The notes below the pieces were generated by a model. It ran no database searches, was not told where the DNA came from, and saw nothing but the letters and a program-made list of their open reading frames with translations. 64,000 nucleotides of DNA from Ophelia neglecta (taxonomy: Eukaryota): positions 24,676,001 through 24,740,000 of the forward strand of contig OZ260661.1 of NCBI GenBank assembly GCA_965285935.1, read 5' to 3'. Below are positions 39,011 through 52,600 of this stretch, in pieces (the stretch's first letter is position 1; the number at the start of each line of letters is the position of its first letter). The translations under genes and the position numbers were made by a program.

Positions 39011-41160
39011 TCGCGAGAACCTCGCCTTCGTCCTTGACCTCGCCTCTCTGTTCCCTAGCGTTCTTCGCGGTGGACGCAGGAGGGCCTTGAAACAAAGCAG
39101 AGATTACTTATCTATATACAGCTTGGTCCACCCCGGGAGCCCAGCCCCTCACGAACAAGGATACTTGTTGAGTATATATTAAATATGTTATCTGCCCTCG
39201 TGAAGTAGACATGAGAACAGGGGGAGAAACCTAAAAATTGGAAGGTGATATAACCAGGCTTCAAGGTACTGGAAGAGAAAACATAGCAATCAGAAAATTA
39301 AAATTACCCTATAAACAAAACAAATACATTCATGAATAGTATATCTCTTTAATTCTGGAAAAAAAAGGCATATATAACATCTGGAATTCATTTATCATTG
39401 TTTTTTCATGTTTTGTTAAGAACAAAAACAAAAGCAAGTGATGGATAGGAAACGTTGGGTTGTCGAAGACTAGACAAGTTTGGAAGAATGATAACCATGA
39501 ACAACGCACTGACAGCGAAAAACTCGATTTTATTTGTAATGCAACACTAAAATACTACGCTTATCCAAGAAGAAAGGTGAAGAGATAGTCATCACGGGTG
39601 AAATATTTATTCAGGGTAGTCATTCGTTGAGATTTGAAAATAAATAACCGACCCTGATGATTATTGAGCTGAGGTTTCCCTAACACCGACTACACAAAAT
39701 AGTTTAAACTGACATGTCAGGTAAACACTTAGGAAGTCCAAAATGTCAGGAAAACGTCGCTAATCTGTTGTAATGTAAAGAGAATGACAGTTTGGAAGGT
39801 GAAGCATTGGGATCCTGTTTCCAGCTCGGGGCTCTGACCAGCGAGACGCCACCTGGAGGGACGGATGTGAATATCGTGGCGCGGATATCTCGTGTCCTGC
39901 CCACCCTTAAACCACTCCTCCGCCACTTAATTCAGCTGAAATACTACTATAAGTGTGACAAACTCAATATCTAGCTCCTTCAGCGCCTCAGTGAGTTAAT
40001 GTAATAATAATAAAAAAAATATCATCCCGGATTCTGGCTTTCTAGATCCTCTGACAGATAAAACCTTGTAGCTAATAAATGATAATTGGTTACAGTTTTA
40101 GACAAAAACTTACACCCTTCATAAATTAGGAAGGAGTATGTAGATGTTTATGCTATAGATCAATCTGAAAATCGAAACAGGAGACAAGATTTCACCTTTA
40201 GCAAAAGACACATTGAGTGAAAACACTCATATAAAAACCGCTTCCATCGCGAAGTTAATGTTAATTAAAATATACGATAAATCGATGTTCAAGTTCAGTA
40301 TTCATTATTGAAGGTTGATGGTATTTCTCAATTTCCGAATCATATCTTGTACATTTATACCACCCACACATTTCGACCCTGTTTAAAAATGAACGTATTG
40401 CAAGCGATGGCTTCGAGAGAATGTTTTCGTTCACGCACACGTATTGGATTATTGGGGAACATTGATGGCAGTCGCCTTCAAACGCAGAATTCCATGGTTG
40501 CTTGGATATGTACAAAGGAAGGCACACATTTGGAATAGCCCGATTTTCATACCAAACCCCTATATACAGAAAATTTATAGGAGGGAGCATCCAAATGAAT
40601 TCCTGTATCCGCCCCTGTACTCCATACACATTTCTGCCTAATCTTCATTTCTGAGTTATCATCACTGATTAAATCAATCGTATTCTCGTCTGATAATTAC
40701 CAACCAGGCATACCGTATGTTTAATATGGAAACGATCAATGTTTGAGTTATTCAACTTTGTTCATCCTAGTGTATGTATAAGCGTTTCTTCAAATACATG
40801 ACTTAACATTAATAGCGTATGGCCAATATTGTTTTATCATAGGCTATGAAGTACAATACGAGAGACGATTATTACATAATATATTTTTCTATGTGACGGT
40901 GGACTAATTCTAAAGTTTAACACGTGATTCTACTATGACGTCACCTGCCGTTTACTATTCCTCTCTTCTGTTCGTACCTGTGACATTTCCTATAGTGCAA
41001 GAAACACGTTTAATATATCTAGGATCTTATTACTTAAACAAACACAGTGTCAGAGAAATAACGTTCATAGTATGGCTGATATACTTTAAATGGAGACCCC
41101 ATCCTAGTTACATTGCGCCAGCTGATGCAAGCTGATCCTTTTTATCCTGGCCTGTTTTTG

Positions 41161-41388
41161 CGGCTATTGATTAAACGCGGAGGTGCGGAGGCTATGCGGA
41201 GGCGAAGGTCACGAGTATTTCTGAGTGGCATGAAGCAAATAATCATCAGCAAGGAAAGGGTTAGGACGGAGGGTTAATTTTAGGGTTATGGGAAGGGTTA
41301 GGGACAGGTTTGATAGGTCTAGTGCTCTGTTCTAATTTCTGGATTCACCTCCGCAAGGCTCCGCGCCTCCGTTTTTAATCAAAAGCCG
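41161..41388. mobile_element. MITE (228 bp) with ~41-bp TIRs and a 6-bp TSD
   Basis: CGGCTATTGATTAAACGCGGAGG... / ...CCTCCGTTTTTAATCAAAAGCCG; TTTTTG on both sides; internal GGGTTA repeats. Confidence 0.8.
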
Positions 41389-42389
41389 TTTTTGCTACTA
41401 TTCCTCCAGTTCATTGTTACCAATGGTGCAAGCTAAGGTTATCAATGTTGTACCTTTCAGTCTCTGTTTGCTATTTCCTGGCAATGAACCTTCCATCTGG
41501 CACGAAGTGTTTCCTGCCTATTACCGCCTTTCCTCAGTTTACATTACCTTCTCCCCGACGCTATTGTCCAATGTAATTTCATTAAGGTAATATCATTGTA
41601 CCGTTTGTTACAGCGGGGTGACCTCGCTATATAAGTGACTCTCATGATATTGATCTGTTTTTGTGAAGGAAACCTGTCCACAATATTTGTATTGTGTCAG
41701 ACGCAATGTAGATCAGGGCGGTCGTTGTGCCTCGGCCTTTGATGTCCCGCCTAGACCGCCGTAAACTAGGTATCATAGAGCTTTTTCAATAGGGTCTAGA
41801 ATCAAAAGTACTATAGACAAACCAGGGTCTACGGCCATTGATTATTATCAACCTACAGATGCAGAATACAAAACATGGCTTTCAGACTCACAATCAACTT
41901 GAGGTCATATAAATATGAATAACGATTCACCCGTGGATGTGGTGGATGTGCAGCATAATGTATGAATCAGTACTCATATGTCACACTCCGACATGTTTTT
42001 ACTGACCTTGACGGGGACACTTTTTCAGTCGGGTGTTCAATTCCTCTTTTAGTAGACAATGCTCGCTGGTTTGCCATGTGTCTTTCGATGCCACTAATTG
42101 TATTCATTATATTGATGGACGCCAGCGATTACCTCCCAAATAATAATAGGCTAATTTTTACTTCATTTTCTTGGCGCACTCTTTCAAGTATATTAAACAA
42201 ACCAGGAGAACGTTTTGGATCTGTGATTTGGGTGCAAGTTCTATAGAAGTAGATGGGCGTCTCATAGCGCGGAACGTCGCGTTGTTATCCGGAGCTGAGT
42301 ATGGAAAAAATTAAGGTATCTGAAATATCTCCCCCGACCCCCCCCCCCCCTTCTCCGCCGGAGTTATATATTCGTCTGTCTATCTGTTA

Positions 42390-42473
42390 TGTAATAATAT
42401 TATTACTATTAATTATTATTATTATTATTATTATTATATTATTATTATACTATTAATTAATATTAATAATATT
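42390..42473. repeat. (ATT)n microsatellite
   Basis: Directly visible, immediately 5' of the SINE. Confidence 0.85.
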
Positions 42474-42476
42474 ACC

Positions 42477-42803
42477 ACCAAAGCGTGGCCGAGAGGTTAG
42501 GGCGTCCGCCTCGCAAGTGGGAGATCGGGGTTCGAAGCTCGATCGCGTCATACCTAAGACGTAAAAATAGGTACTGATAGCTCCCCTGCCAGGCGCCCGG
42601 TATTTTGGGGGTAGTATCAGGACTGGTCAACCCGGTGTCAGTATAATGTGACTGGGTGGGGTTCCCTGTCTGGTGTCTACGGCAGGTACTCCAGTGAGGC
42701 AGCACTCTAAAGAGGGCATTGAGCCCACTGTCACAAGGAGGCACTGTGGCGATATGACCGATAAGTGTTGAAAGCCGCGTAAAAAACCCCAAACAACAAC
42801 AAC
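42477..42803 (+). mobile_element. Full-length tRNA-derived SINE (tRNA-Ala-like head)
   Basis: A box TGGCCGAGAGG, anticodon-like loop CTCGCAA, B box GGTTCGAAGC, conserved body, (AAC)n tail; ATGTAATAATATTAT occurs on both sides (42389 and 42804). Four copies or fragments in the window. Confidence 0.9.
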
Positions 42804-44146
42804 ATGTAATAATATTATCCCCTATAACATTCTGGCTTTCTAGGTAGCCCCTGGCAGATACAACCGAACCGTAAGGAGATTAAAGCCATAATTGATAATA
42901 ATTTTCCTTACAAATTCTTGTACCCTGGTTAAATTGCTTTCCAAATCTTATTTATGTCCCCCCCTCCGTTCTACTTTCCCCTTCAAGAGGACTAATAACA
43001 GCTTAGATGTATATTCAACAAGCATCTTTGTTCCTTGAGTGGCTGGCTTCCCGGGGTGGACCAGGCTGTATATCGGGTTTAAATGTGTATGACCTATTAA
43101 CAACGAAAATAATCTATCTCGGTTTCTTAATCCTTAAATAAACACAGTTTATATTAATATCGTTCATTGTTCACTTAATATCAATCCACGTATTGCTTGG
43201 AATATAGTTTAAACCTAGACTTTCTGCCAATAACATTATTCCGGTTGCTTTCGGCTAAATAAATAATTTGGCATTTCTTTATACACATAATCTATTGAGC
43301 TCATAGGGTTCTTTCCTTTTCTGAAACGACCGTAATTTATTGAAAGTATATCGGAGTTCGTTAACCTAAAATATTCCGATAGCGGCAGTAACTTGACATT
43401 TTTACTAAGCATGGTGTTTTGTTTGTAAAAGTCAGTCTAGAGGGTACATGTTGATAGCATGACATATATTACTCAAATATATCAATCTCTACTGCTTTTT
43501 ACTGTCCATTGTGCTATAATTACCAAGCTGAATTCTGGTGAACAATACTAATGCAGACATTGTTAAATGCTTTGTCTAGTTTGACATTGTTCTTCTTTTA
43601 ACATTGGAACCTTGCTGGAAGGGCTTACGGAATATTTTCAGATCACATCTGTAACTAAGTAAATAATAGCAGTCGTCGACCGATACCAGGGTTATGGAAG
43701 TATCAACAATGGTGTGAATATCATGTTCATCTGACGTACGAACCAAACGTATAACGTCATTATCCGCAAACAAAGCCTTGGACCACAATCTAGTTCCAGT
43801 AGTAATACTAAGATTTTCTCTATTGGCCTTAATTTGCTTCCAGCAACACCTTTCTATTTTATGTGAATCTTGAGTGGCACATTCAATCAAAGAATCCTCG
43901 GCGGAATTGAAAACAAACAGATGTGACCTTGGATCCAACGCAACTGGGATTATGTATGTCAGAGAACGCCCAAACATGTAATAATACTCGGAAACTGATC
44001 CATCACTAACTCTTTGAGAGCCCGGGAGCAGCCTTTGATGCTGAGTAAGAAGTGACTAATGTATTACACATATCAAGACGAAAGGACAGCGAATACTGCA
44101 TATTGAGGCATGCAGGGTGAGAATATATAAGTAAGAATTGGTAGCA

Positions 44147-44545
44147 CAGGTAACCCAATTCATAACATTATGGAATGGTTTACACAGAATTTAGAACAGG
44201 TAACCCACTTTATAACATTATAGAGAGGTTTTACATAAAATTTAGAACAGGTAACCCACTTCATAACATTATAGAGAGGCTTTACATAATATTTCGAACG
44301 GGTCACCAATTTTATTACATTATAGAGAGGCTTTACATAAGATTTAGAACAGGTAACCCACTTCATAACATTATAGAGAGGTTTTACATAAGATTTAGAA
44401 CGGGTAACCCACTTTATAACATTATAGAGAGGTTTTACATAAAATTTAGAACAGGTAACCCACTTCATAACATTACAGAGAGGCTTTACATAAAATTTAG
44501 AACAGGTCACCCACTTCATTACATTATTGAGAGATGTTACAGAAG
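44147..44545. repeat. 51-bp minisatellite, ~7.5 copies
   Basis: Unit TTTAGAACAGGTAACCCACTTYATAACATTATAGAGAGGYTTTACATAAAA; explains the 17-aa-periodic ORFs on both strands. Confidence 0.95.
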
Positions 44546-47045
44546 ATTTCCCTATTGTCCAAGTCGGAATTCCTAGCCCCGTCCCCCATCGCTTCCGCCG
44601 CAATGTTAGTGCGAGCTATCAAGGAGTTATCTAAATGCCTCGGAGCATTCGTTTACTAATATCTGAATCCCTGACAGACTCCTGGCTGTCTAGGTAGCTC
44701 CTTGCAGATACAACCTGGAAGAAATTAAAGACTAATTGATAACAGTTTTTGAAATATATTTAAGGCCTACCTAAATAAGAAACGGTAATTTAGGTAGGTC
44801 TGATGGTTTAGATAAATTTTATAATTGAAACCGAAGAAGTGACATTTAATTTAATCAATAAAACAACACACTGAGTGAAAACACTCACTGACAAACAGCT
44901 TCTATCGAGTAGCTAGGATCTCATGCTTAACTGATGTCACTGATACACCGGTGCTCCTTTTCTTTATTTAATATCAAAGGTCATGGCGTCTTTTCACATT
45001 CCGACTCTTTCTTGTAAATTAAAACAAACCAGTGGAATACATATCTGCACTGAAAATTAAAAATATCTTTCGAGCGATGTCTTGGGAGAATAAGTTCCCG
45101 TCAGTGCATGGCGTAGACTATTGGGGATCAATGGTTGGAAAGCAGAACTCTATTGTCTCTGAAAGCGAATATCTGAGGGAATTCAAAAATAAGAAGAATA
45201 TTGGGTCATATTGTAATTTCCAAAAATCATTTGAAATATTAACTCAAAGAAAGCCAAATCTGTCATTTTCTACCTGATGGCCATTTAATAACTCGAGGGC
45301 TGCGTCATCTCCGGTATTTTAACAGGAGAACAAGACATGGTACTCGTGGCAATGTGACAAATAATGACAAGAAAGAAGAAGTATACATAAGTGAGTTTTT
45401 TATTTTTAGTATTTTCTTTTGGCAACTACACAACAGTATGCAAGAATATCGGTGGACATCAAGTATAAACCCTTTGAAAACAATATTATTTCTGGTGGAT
45501 GTGGCTTTCACCGTGGAATTTTTCCATAGACCGTCTATTCACCATTTAAGGCATTAATATTTAAAAAAAAACACAACTGGTGATAAATTAGCAGGCTTGT
45601 TTGGTCAGAATTAGACCTAACATTTTACAAGTTTCTTAGCCTGATGGTATGACAATTATCCAGTAAAGAGTATTTGTTTTAACACATATACTATTGTATT
45701 TTTACCCTAGTAAATTAGTTTCTTATGATTTCAAACGAACAGAATAAGCCGCGTAAGTTAATAATTCTTTCTTCTCAATCAAATTAATTGAATACATATA
45801 AGTTTATGCTGAGGGCTTGTAAAACGGCGACATTCTAAGCCAATGACAACCTATCCTTGCCTACCTTTATAGCTATCCTGTTCATTTTTTGTAATTGGTG
45901 GACTTTTCGGTGTCTGTTTGTTATTATCTTGTTATAAACTGAACTCCTGTCGTCTGCCAAGGAAATTTTTCTGTCTATTTGCGCCTGTCCGTCGGTTTGT
46001 TAACAATTTCATCATTTGACCTTTATTAACATTTTCCCCTGCGTCCATTTATGACTGTCATGTCATTGCCCTGTTTGTTTAAGCTGATTGACCTGGTTAT
46101 AGAATTGTCACTAATGGCATTGATTTGTCTTTTTGAAGGGAACCTGCCAACATTAATTGTATTGTTTAAAGCAGATCGTTGAGATTATTGTGTCTCTGCC
46201 GTCGATGTCAAGCCTAGTTCGCCGAAACAGAGGTCTCTTTTACACACTCTTAGTCCAAACTTAATGTAGGCCGTGCGACAAGTTTTGGGGAGTGGAGTCA
46301 GGAGGAAAAATTTAAACAATTCGCATTATTTAGACTAAGTGTGATTTAGTTGAACATGTCTGATAGCTTTTCGAGACTGGGACTTTTTTCGCTTACATGC
46401 TTTAAGGTTAACATTAAAAACCCAGGTACCATAAGTGAAGACTTTTGAGTGCGATTTTTAGGCTAAAAAGTAAAATGTCAGTTGTAGTAATCAACCCAAT
46501 GATTAGTTACTCCATACAAGATGTCATCAGCACCCTGAAGGGGAAAGAGAACAGGGTGTTTAAATAACTAAGGATTAGAGGAAAGAGGCATGACATTGAA
46601 CAAGAAACATATAATATCAATTAAAAAATGAAATGGCCTATGTACATAGCTAAAAATCTGACAATCGCCTCCTATTCGAAAAACATTTCATGCTCACATG
46701 CTTTTAGGTTGGGTTCTATTGTATTATCCTTTAGCTAACGAAAAAAGTACATAGCCAAATAAAATATTTAATTAATGTAACTTACTTCTTGAAAAGAACA
46801 GACTCTAAAGCGAGGGGTATCTAGGAAAAATGGGCTTTCGAAGATTAGACAAATTTGAAAGAAGGAAAAGCATCCAAAACGGTATGACAGCGAAAAATTC
46901 CATTTCATTGTTAACGCAACGCCGTGAAATCTGACGGGAAATTCCACGATTATCCAAGACCAATCACAAATAGATAATCATCTTGAGTTAACTATTTATT
47001 GAGAGAGGTCGTTGGTTGTTATTTGAAAATCAATAACTGAGCCAG

Positions 47046-47536
47046 TGCTTTCTACACTAGAAAATACAAACTGACAGGTCAGGTAAACACTCAGTTTATC
47101 AAACAAGTACATTTTTAATGTGGCGGGTGTATGGTTTACCCCCTGTGCCTCTAATAATAAAGCAAATATAACATTGTTTGTGTAATAACTTAATAACGGG
47201 TTCTTTAAGCGCCTTAATGCGTTTCTTTAATAATATCTACATCCCTGATATAATTCAGGCTTTCTAGGTAGCTCCATGTAGATACATGTACATCCTTAAA
47301 AACCTCGATTGAAAATTGTTAGCGTGTAAAATGGGGAACCATTGAGTGCTTTCCACACAAGTAAATATAAACTGACTGGTCAGGTAAACAGTCAGTTTAT
47401 CAAACAAGTAAATTTTTAATGTGGCGAATGTATGGTTTTTTTGAGCGCCTTAGTCCGTTACTTTAATAATATCTACATCCCTGATATAATTCAGGCTTTC
47501 TAGGTAGCTCCATGTAGATACATGTACATCCTTAAA
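47046..47536. repeat. Local tandem duplication (~190-250 bp units)
   Basis: 47046-47300 recurs at 47345-47536, e.g. TAATATCTACATCCCTGATATAATTCAGGCTTTCTAGGTAGCTCCATGTAGATACATGTACATCCTTAAA twice. Confidence 0.85.
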
Positions 47537-49648
47537 CAGATCGAATATGATAATTGATAGCAGTTTCGAAAAAAATATTGATAGTTTACATAAATTTGAA
47601 AGGATTTTGAACGTTTTACCATGTTTTATATCAAATTGATAATCGAAGTTAGATGAACGACCTTGAACTTAATCAGTAAAACAACACATTATAGGACAAG
47701 AATCATTCAATACCTGCTCCAATCGAGTAGCTAGGATCTCAAGTTTAAGCGATGTAAATAAAACATTGATGTTATTTTTTTAAATTCAAAATAGAAGGTT
47801 ACAGAGATTGTTCAAGTTCGAATTTTTATCTTGCACATTAATACAAAACCCAATGACACACTTATCTACCCTGATTTAAATAAAATGTTACAAGCGATGA
47901 CTTGGAAGAAATGTTTTCGTCCATGAGTGGCGTGTAAAATGGGGAACCATCAACGGCGCAGAGACGCAATAAGAAAGCTGAACTTCATTTATTTTTCAAA
48001 ACGAAGTAGCTTCTAGAAAAAAGGCTTCTGTCTTATCAAGAGCATTGGTTTGGAAGTCAAGGCCTAGTTGGATATGGTCTAAGAAAGGCAGAGGCAAAGA
48101 ATGGCCCGACTTCCGTTGTAAACCCCATCTACGGGGGCTGGCTGTTCACAGATAAGGGATGACCAACTGAATTAATTTTTTGTGTCCCGTTCCTGTACCG
48201 TATGGTGCTCCACACACAGATGTATGTTCCGGGGTAGGCTTGGAACTTCTGGCTTTGTGGCAGATATCTTTGTAACCAAAGACCTATATATCTTAGAATC
48301 TTCACAGGTTGGCGCGGTCAATATACTTTTGTGCAGCTTTTTGCCGAAAAGATGAAAATATCACCAGAAGCAATGTGCAACTATTGAGATAATTAGTAAA
48401 GGATTATATTTCCAACTTGCATCCGATTTCTACTGATTGGTGCAGAATTATAAATAATCGCTCTACAGACCAGTACAATTTATGGGCAAACATTACACTT
48501 GGTGTATGTTATCAATTGATACAGTCGACCGGATAAATCCCCTGCCAGTGAAGTGTTCTGTACTAAACCTACACAGTAATCCGTTTCACTAATGAAGTAA
48601 AAAGAGCCACTAACATAAAATGTCTACTATCGCAGTATATATTATTACAAACCTAGCGGTGGTGGTTTAACCGTCACTTCTAATTGTCGATTATTTTGAG
48701 TGCGGGTAATTGGGTGTGAAACGATAACTTTATGGTCACTTACAGGCTGGATGCATATATTTTAGCTACATGTATTTATGCATAACCATAAGGTGTTTTA
48801 TAACAAATTGGTAAACGAACCATAGTCTAAGTTCAGAGTGATCATTGCAGGATCAATTAATCATATTCCAAAATTTTCCAAATATCTACCAGGCTTGCGA
48901 AATGTCGTTGGTCAATTTAACGGACATTGGTATAACCCGAGGGCTTCTTGGGATGTTAATGAACCCCTGACTAACACCCAGGGCAAGAAAATTGCCACCA
49001 GCCACCTTTATTCCACAACTATACCACAACTTGCTGTATAAGACAGACAAAAGTTCTCTTAAACTAATACATGCATTACTCATAATGCAAAGGTAACGGT
49101 ATTTTATTTTCTGTGCATGTAGATACCAATTTCTTCAAACGTACTTCTAGGAAATGCCAGATACAAAGTTATATTTTGGGTAAAGAGCGGACGTAATTCG
49201 AAAAAATATGTTATTACGTAGCCGAATATATAGTCTATATAACTGTGCTTATTATTCTTCGTCATTAGAAATATTGAATACAGGACTTCGACGATCCTGC
49301 AAGGAGGATACATTCCAAGAAAGATAGAACGTTCCGTTCTGCCTCCCGGCTAGTGTTACCCGATTCATAGTTTTGTTAGATGTCAAGCCAATGCGTTTGA
49401 CAAGTTTACCTTGTAAAGTATTCTTGCTATAATAAATTGTATAATGTGGATTTTGCTAAAATAAGTTACACATCACAGAGGATAGGTAAACTGTTTCCAT
49501 GCTGATTCAGATCTCAAGTCTGAAACTGTTTCATTCAACAAAAAGAAATAATCATTTCTCAAAGCTTTATTACATAGGTTTACAAAAGAACTTGAGGCAA
49601 GATACCCCTCCTCCATTCACCACCGTGCTTGAGCACAAATTGTAGAGT

Positions 49649-52600
49649 CTACAGTATTGGAGTAACAAGCATGTCCTCTATCTGAAATAAAACAGTAATG
49701 TACAATAGACAACAATCCCAAAAATAATATTCCCCAATAATTAGGGTATTTCTTAAAATGATAGTAAGAAGTGGGTTTGAGTCGCGCATGTTCATGGGGA
49801 GTAATCACAAATATATCTCTTTAGCTGAACTAAGTGTGTTTTGCAACAAACACATTTAAAACTATTTAGCTAGCTTGGAAACTGATGCCTGCGGCCCTGA
49901 ACCTGAAGGCTCATGCTGATAGCTTCCGCCTCGCAAGTGGTAGATCGGGGTTCGAATCCCGATCGCGTCAAACCTAAGATGTAAAAAAAGGTACTGATAG
50001 CTCCCCTGCCAGGCGCCCGGTATTTCGGGGGTAGTATCAGGACTGGTCAACCCGGTGTCAGTATAATGTGACTGGGTGGGGTTCCCTGTCTGGTGTCTAC
50101 GGCAGGTAGTCCAGTGAGGCAGCACTATAAAGAGGGCATTGAGCCCACTGACACAAGTAGGCACCGTGGTAATATGACCGTATAAGTGTTGAAAGCACGT
50201 CAAACTCCAACCCACCAACCAAATCATGCTGACCGCAGGTCTAAACTTGACTCCTGACGACGGCAGGTCTGCTGCCTATCAACGCTTTTTTGGCGAAATA
50301 GAGAAGGCCTTAAACGCATGTTTTCTTTTGCGATAAAGCCTCCATGTAACCTTACTATTTACATCACGTTTTAAAGGTTAATATAATGATATCTTACGTA
50401 AATATATTTGCCTCAAGCATTTTGTTTCGAAATTAGGAGCACGGTATATAGAAGCAAATGTGTCAATGATAGATAAACATATCACATAGGAAAGTAGAAG
50501 ACTGGACTAGGTTTTCAAAATATAAAATGTTGGCACTAAGCCTTGTCGTCTGCTTTCGCCCGCCACTGGTTTGGTTTGGTTAGGAACCGTTATCTAGAGC
50601 CTGCAAACATCTATCTACAGTGTCATAACTTTAAGTAGGCTTGTAAATGAATAAACTATATAATTATAATTCAAATCGGATATCACGTGGAGGAGAAAAT
50701 GTTTACTATTTTGACTTGATGGGAGCCGGACCATCACCTAAACGATTCAATGTCCAATGTAAGAAGAAGAATATCTATACACAAGGAGAGTGTATCTTTA
50801 TAGATTAAGCTCTCGAAGGTAGTCCAGTTTTATAACTTTTGCAAAAGTGCAGTACATCTTCACCATGTTAATACCCATCATAGAAAATTGTATTTTCTCC
50901 GTAAGACTTTCATAAACGATTTAGTAGTTAAGGACGTACGACGATCAGCGAAAGAACAAATACACACAAGAAGAGTGTGTATAGCTAGATAAAGCGCTTT
51001 CGCTTGATATAGTTTGTTCAGAATATTGCCACCAAATTTATCATTGTTGTAATAAACATTATAGAATTATGTATTTTCTCAAGTCACACGTTCATAACAT
51101 ACCTCGACTTCTTCAGTGGTCCCAAGAACTGTCAGCACGGCGTCAGCAATCTTATCGGCACAAAGCGGCTGATAATAAAAAAAATATATTGGATCATACA
51201 AATATTATTATCTAAGTCCAAGCGACATCAGACCCCAACATCATAAAAGTAACCTCCTTTTGTACTGTCTAAACGCTTCTTACATATCCACTGGAACGGG
51301 GGGCGGGGGGGGGGGGGAGGCTTGTGTTGAGACGTATGAGATACTCATTTTACATAAGCCGGGATGGATGGACACGGACGAGTTTATCTGTCAGTCATAC
51401 AAACGATCCCAATTAAACAAGCTTAGCCACCACTAAATTTAATATCATACAGGAGAAATATATATCAATTTTAGAGCAAAGTTATTACATACTTGGTCCT
51501 TGTGCACCAAGAACTGAAGCCAACTATCACCTTGCATAATATAATACGTTAACTGGCTTTATGAATGGTATATTTTGTTTCCAATCACGCTACATACCGG
51601 ACGAGTTCGGTATAATTCCTTGGCTTTTTCCTCCCCCATCATCTTCTTGTGGATTTCTGTCTCTACTATTCCTGGGTTAACTCCCTGAAATATATATCCT
51701 GTGTGTGGCTTATATAGATCACAGTGCTGCTTAGGGCCAAAGAGGCGTGAGTTGGGACAGCTTAAACATGTAGTATAGCTTTACCTATCCTGTGTTTTCG
51801 GTATCTAATATGACCAAATCAATGTCCGATTATAGATGATCATTAAATCAATAAGAATACACAATTTAAAATACACGCATTCGATATATCAATTTTGAAT
51901 CGCCATGATTTACTCTGTGCTTCCCTTCTACCGGCTTGCCCTTTAGGCTGCATTTCTATAATAATACGTTGATTCGTCCTTTGACCTTATGGGATTATTT
52001 TATATAATTTTGAAAAATGCCTTAACAATTATTTCATTGCTCTTTTGGCGATAATGATGATGAACTTAATCTCACCGAGACTTTGATTCGAGATTTCTCC
52101 GCCCTGAGCTCCATCCTAAGACAGTCTGTCATTGCCCGAACCATCCACTTGGTGGCGCCATACCAGTGAATATCCGCCCAAGATGAATGTTTTAAAGCAA
52201 CGTCGCTGTGGTAAATAAGTTGCAAGTCATTGCTAGGCTGATAAAAATGCGCTAATGTTACTCAAGCTTGAAACCCACTTTACATTTGTTTATCACCATG
52301 TCTGTCAACTTACTAGTGGTAAGATTGTACGTTTAATAATTCACCTTAAGAATATCATATATTTAGATATACTTAAATATATATATTGCATATATTAATT
52401 TCACCAATCCTTTATTCAATTGCTTGATGTACTATTCTGTTATTGGATTGGATGTGCCGAAAGTTTCCTGTTTTATTTCAATAAATGGTTATATATATGT
52501 AGTACTGAAACCTCACCTGCCAATTTGAATGATGTGGCCGTCATCTACCTTTCTCTCTCTCATAGACTTGATGGCTTCTCGGGTACAAATTGCTAAGCCC

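Larger units (their letters stand above)
36650..48900. pseudogene. Cluster of decayed, duplicated fragments of unidentified spliced gene(s), on both strands
   Basis: Alignable paralogous blocks with stops and frameshifts: 36700-37130/43605-44000; 39200-39730/46530-47100; 40030-40630/44680-45140/47490-48400 (also 55600-56200); 41450-41770/45900-46235; 39113-39225 inverted at 42960-43075. Shared splice-like sites GTCAG|GTAAAC and GGCTTTCTAG|GTAGC. Confidence 0.5.

Noticed and set aside
40444-40641. LicD/fukutin-like motif (DYWGTL...IPW)
   Set aside because: Spacing is wrong, there is no DxD, and paralogous copies do not keep the IPW.
42481-42550. Possible tRNA-Ala gene
   Set aside because: The acceptor stem does not close and it continues into a repeated body and tail; it is a SINE head.
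44160-44603. Periodic ORFs on both strands; superficially CRISPR-like array
   Set aside because: 51-bp head-to-tail minisatellite with no unique spacers, in a eukaryotic context with no cas genes.
52206-52239. Upstream acceptor (52238-52239) for DHRS11 exon 4
   Set aside because: Gives an in-frame TAA; the acceptor at 52206-52207 restores the YGATK frame.
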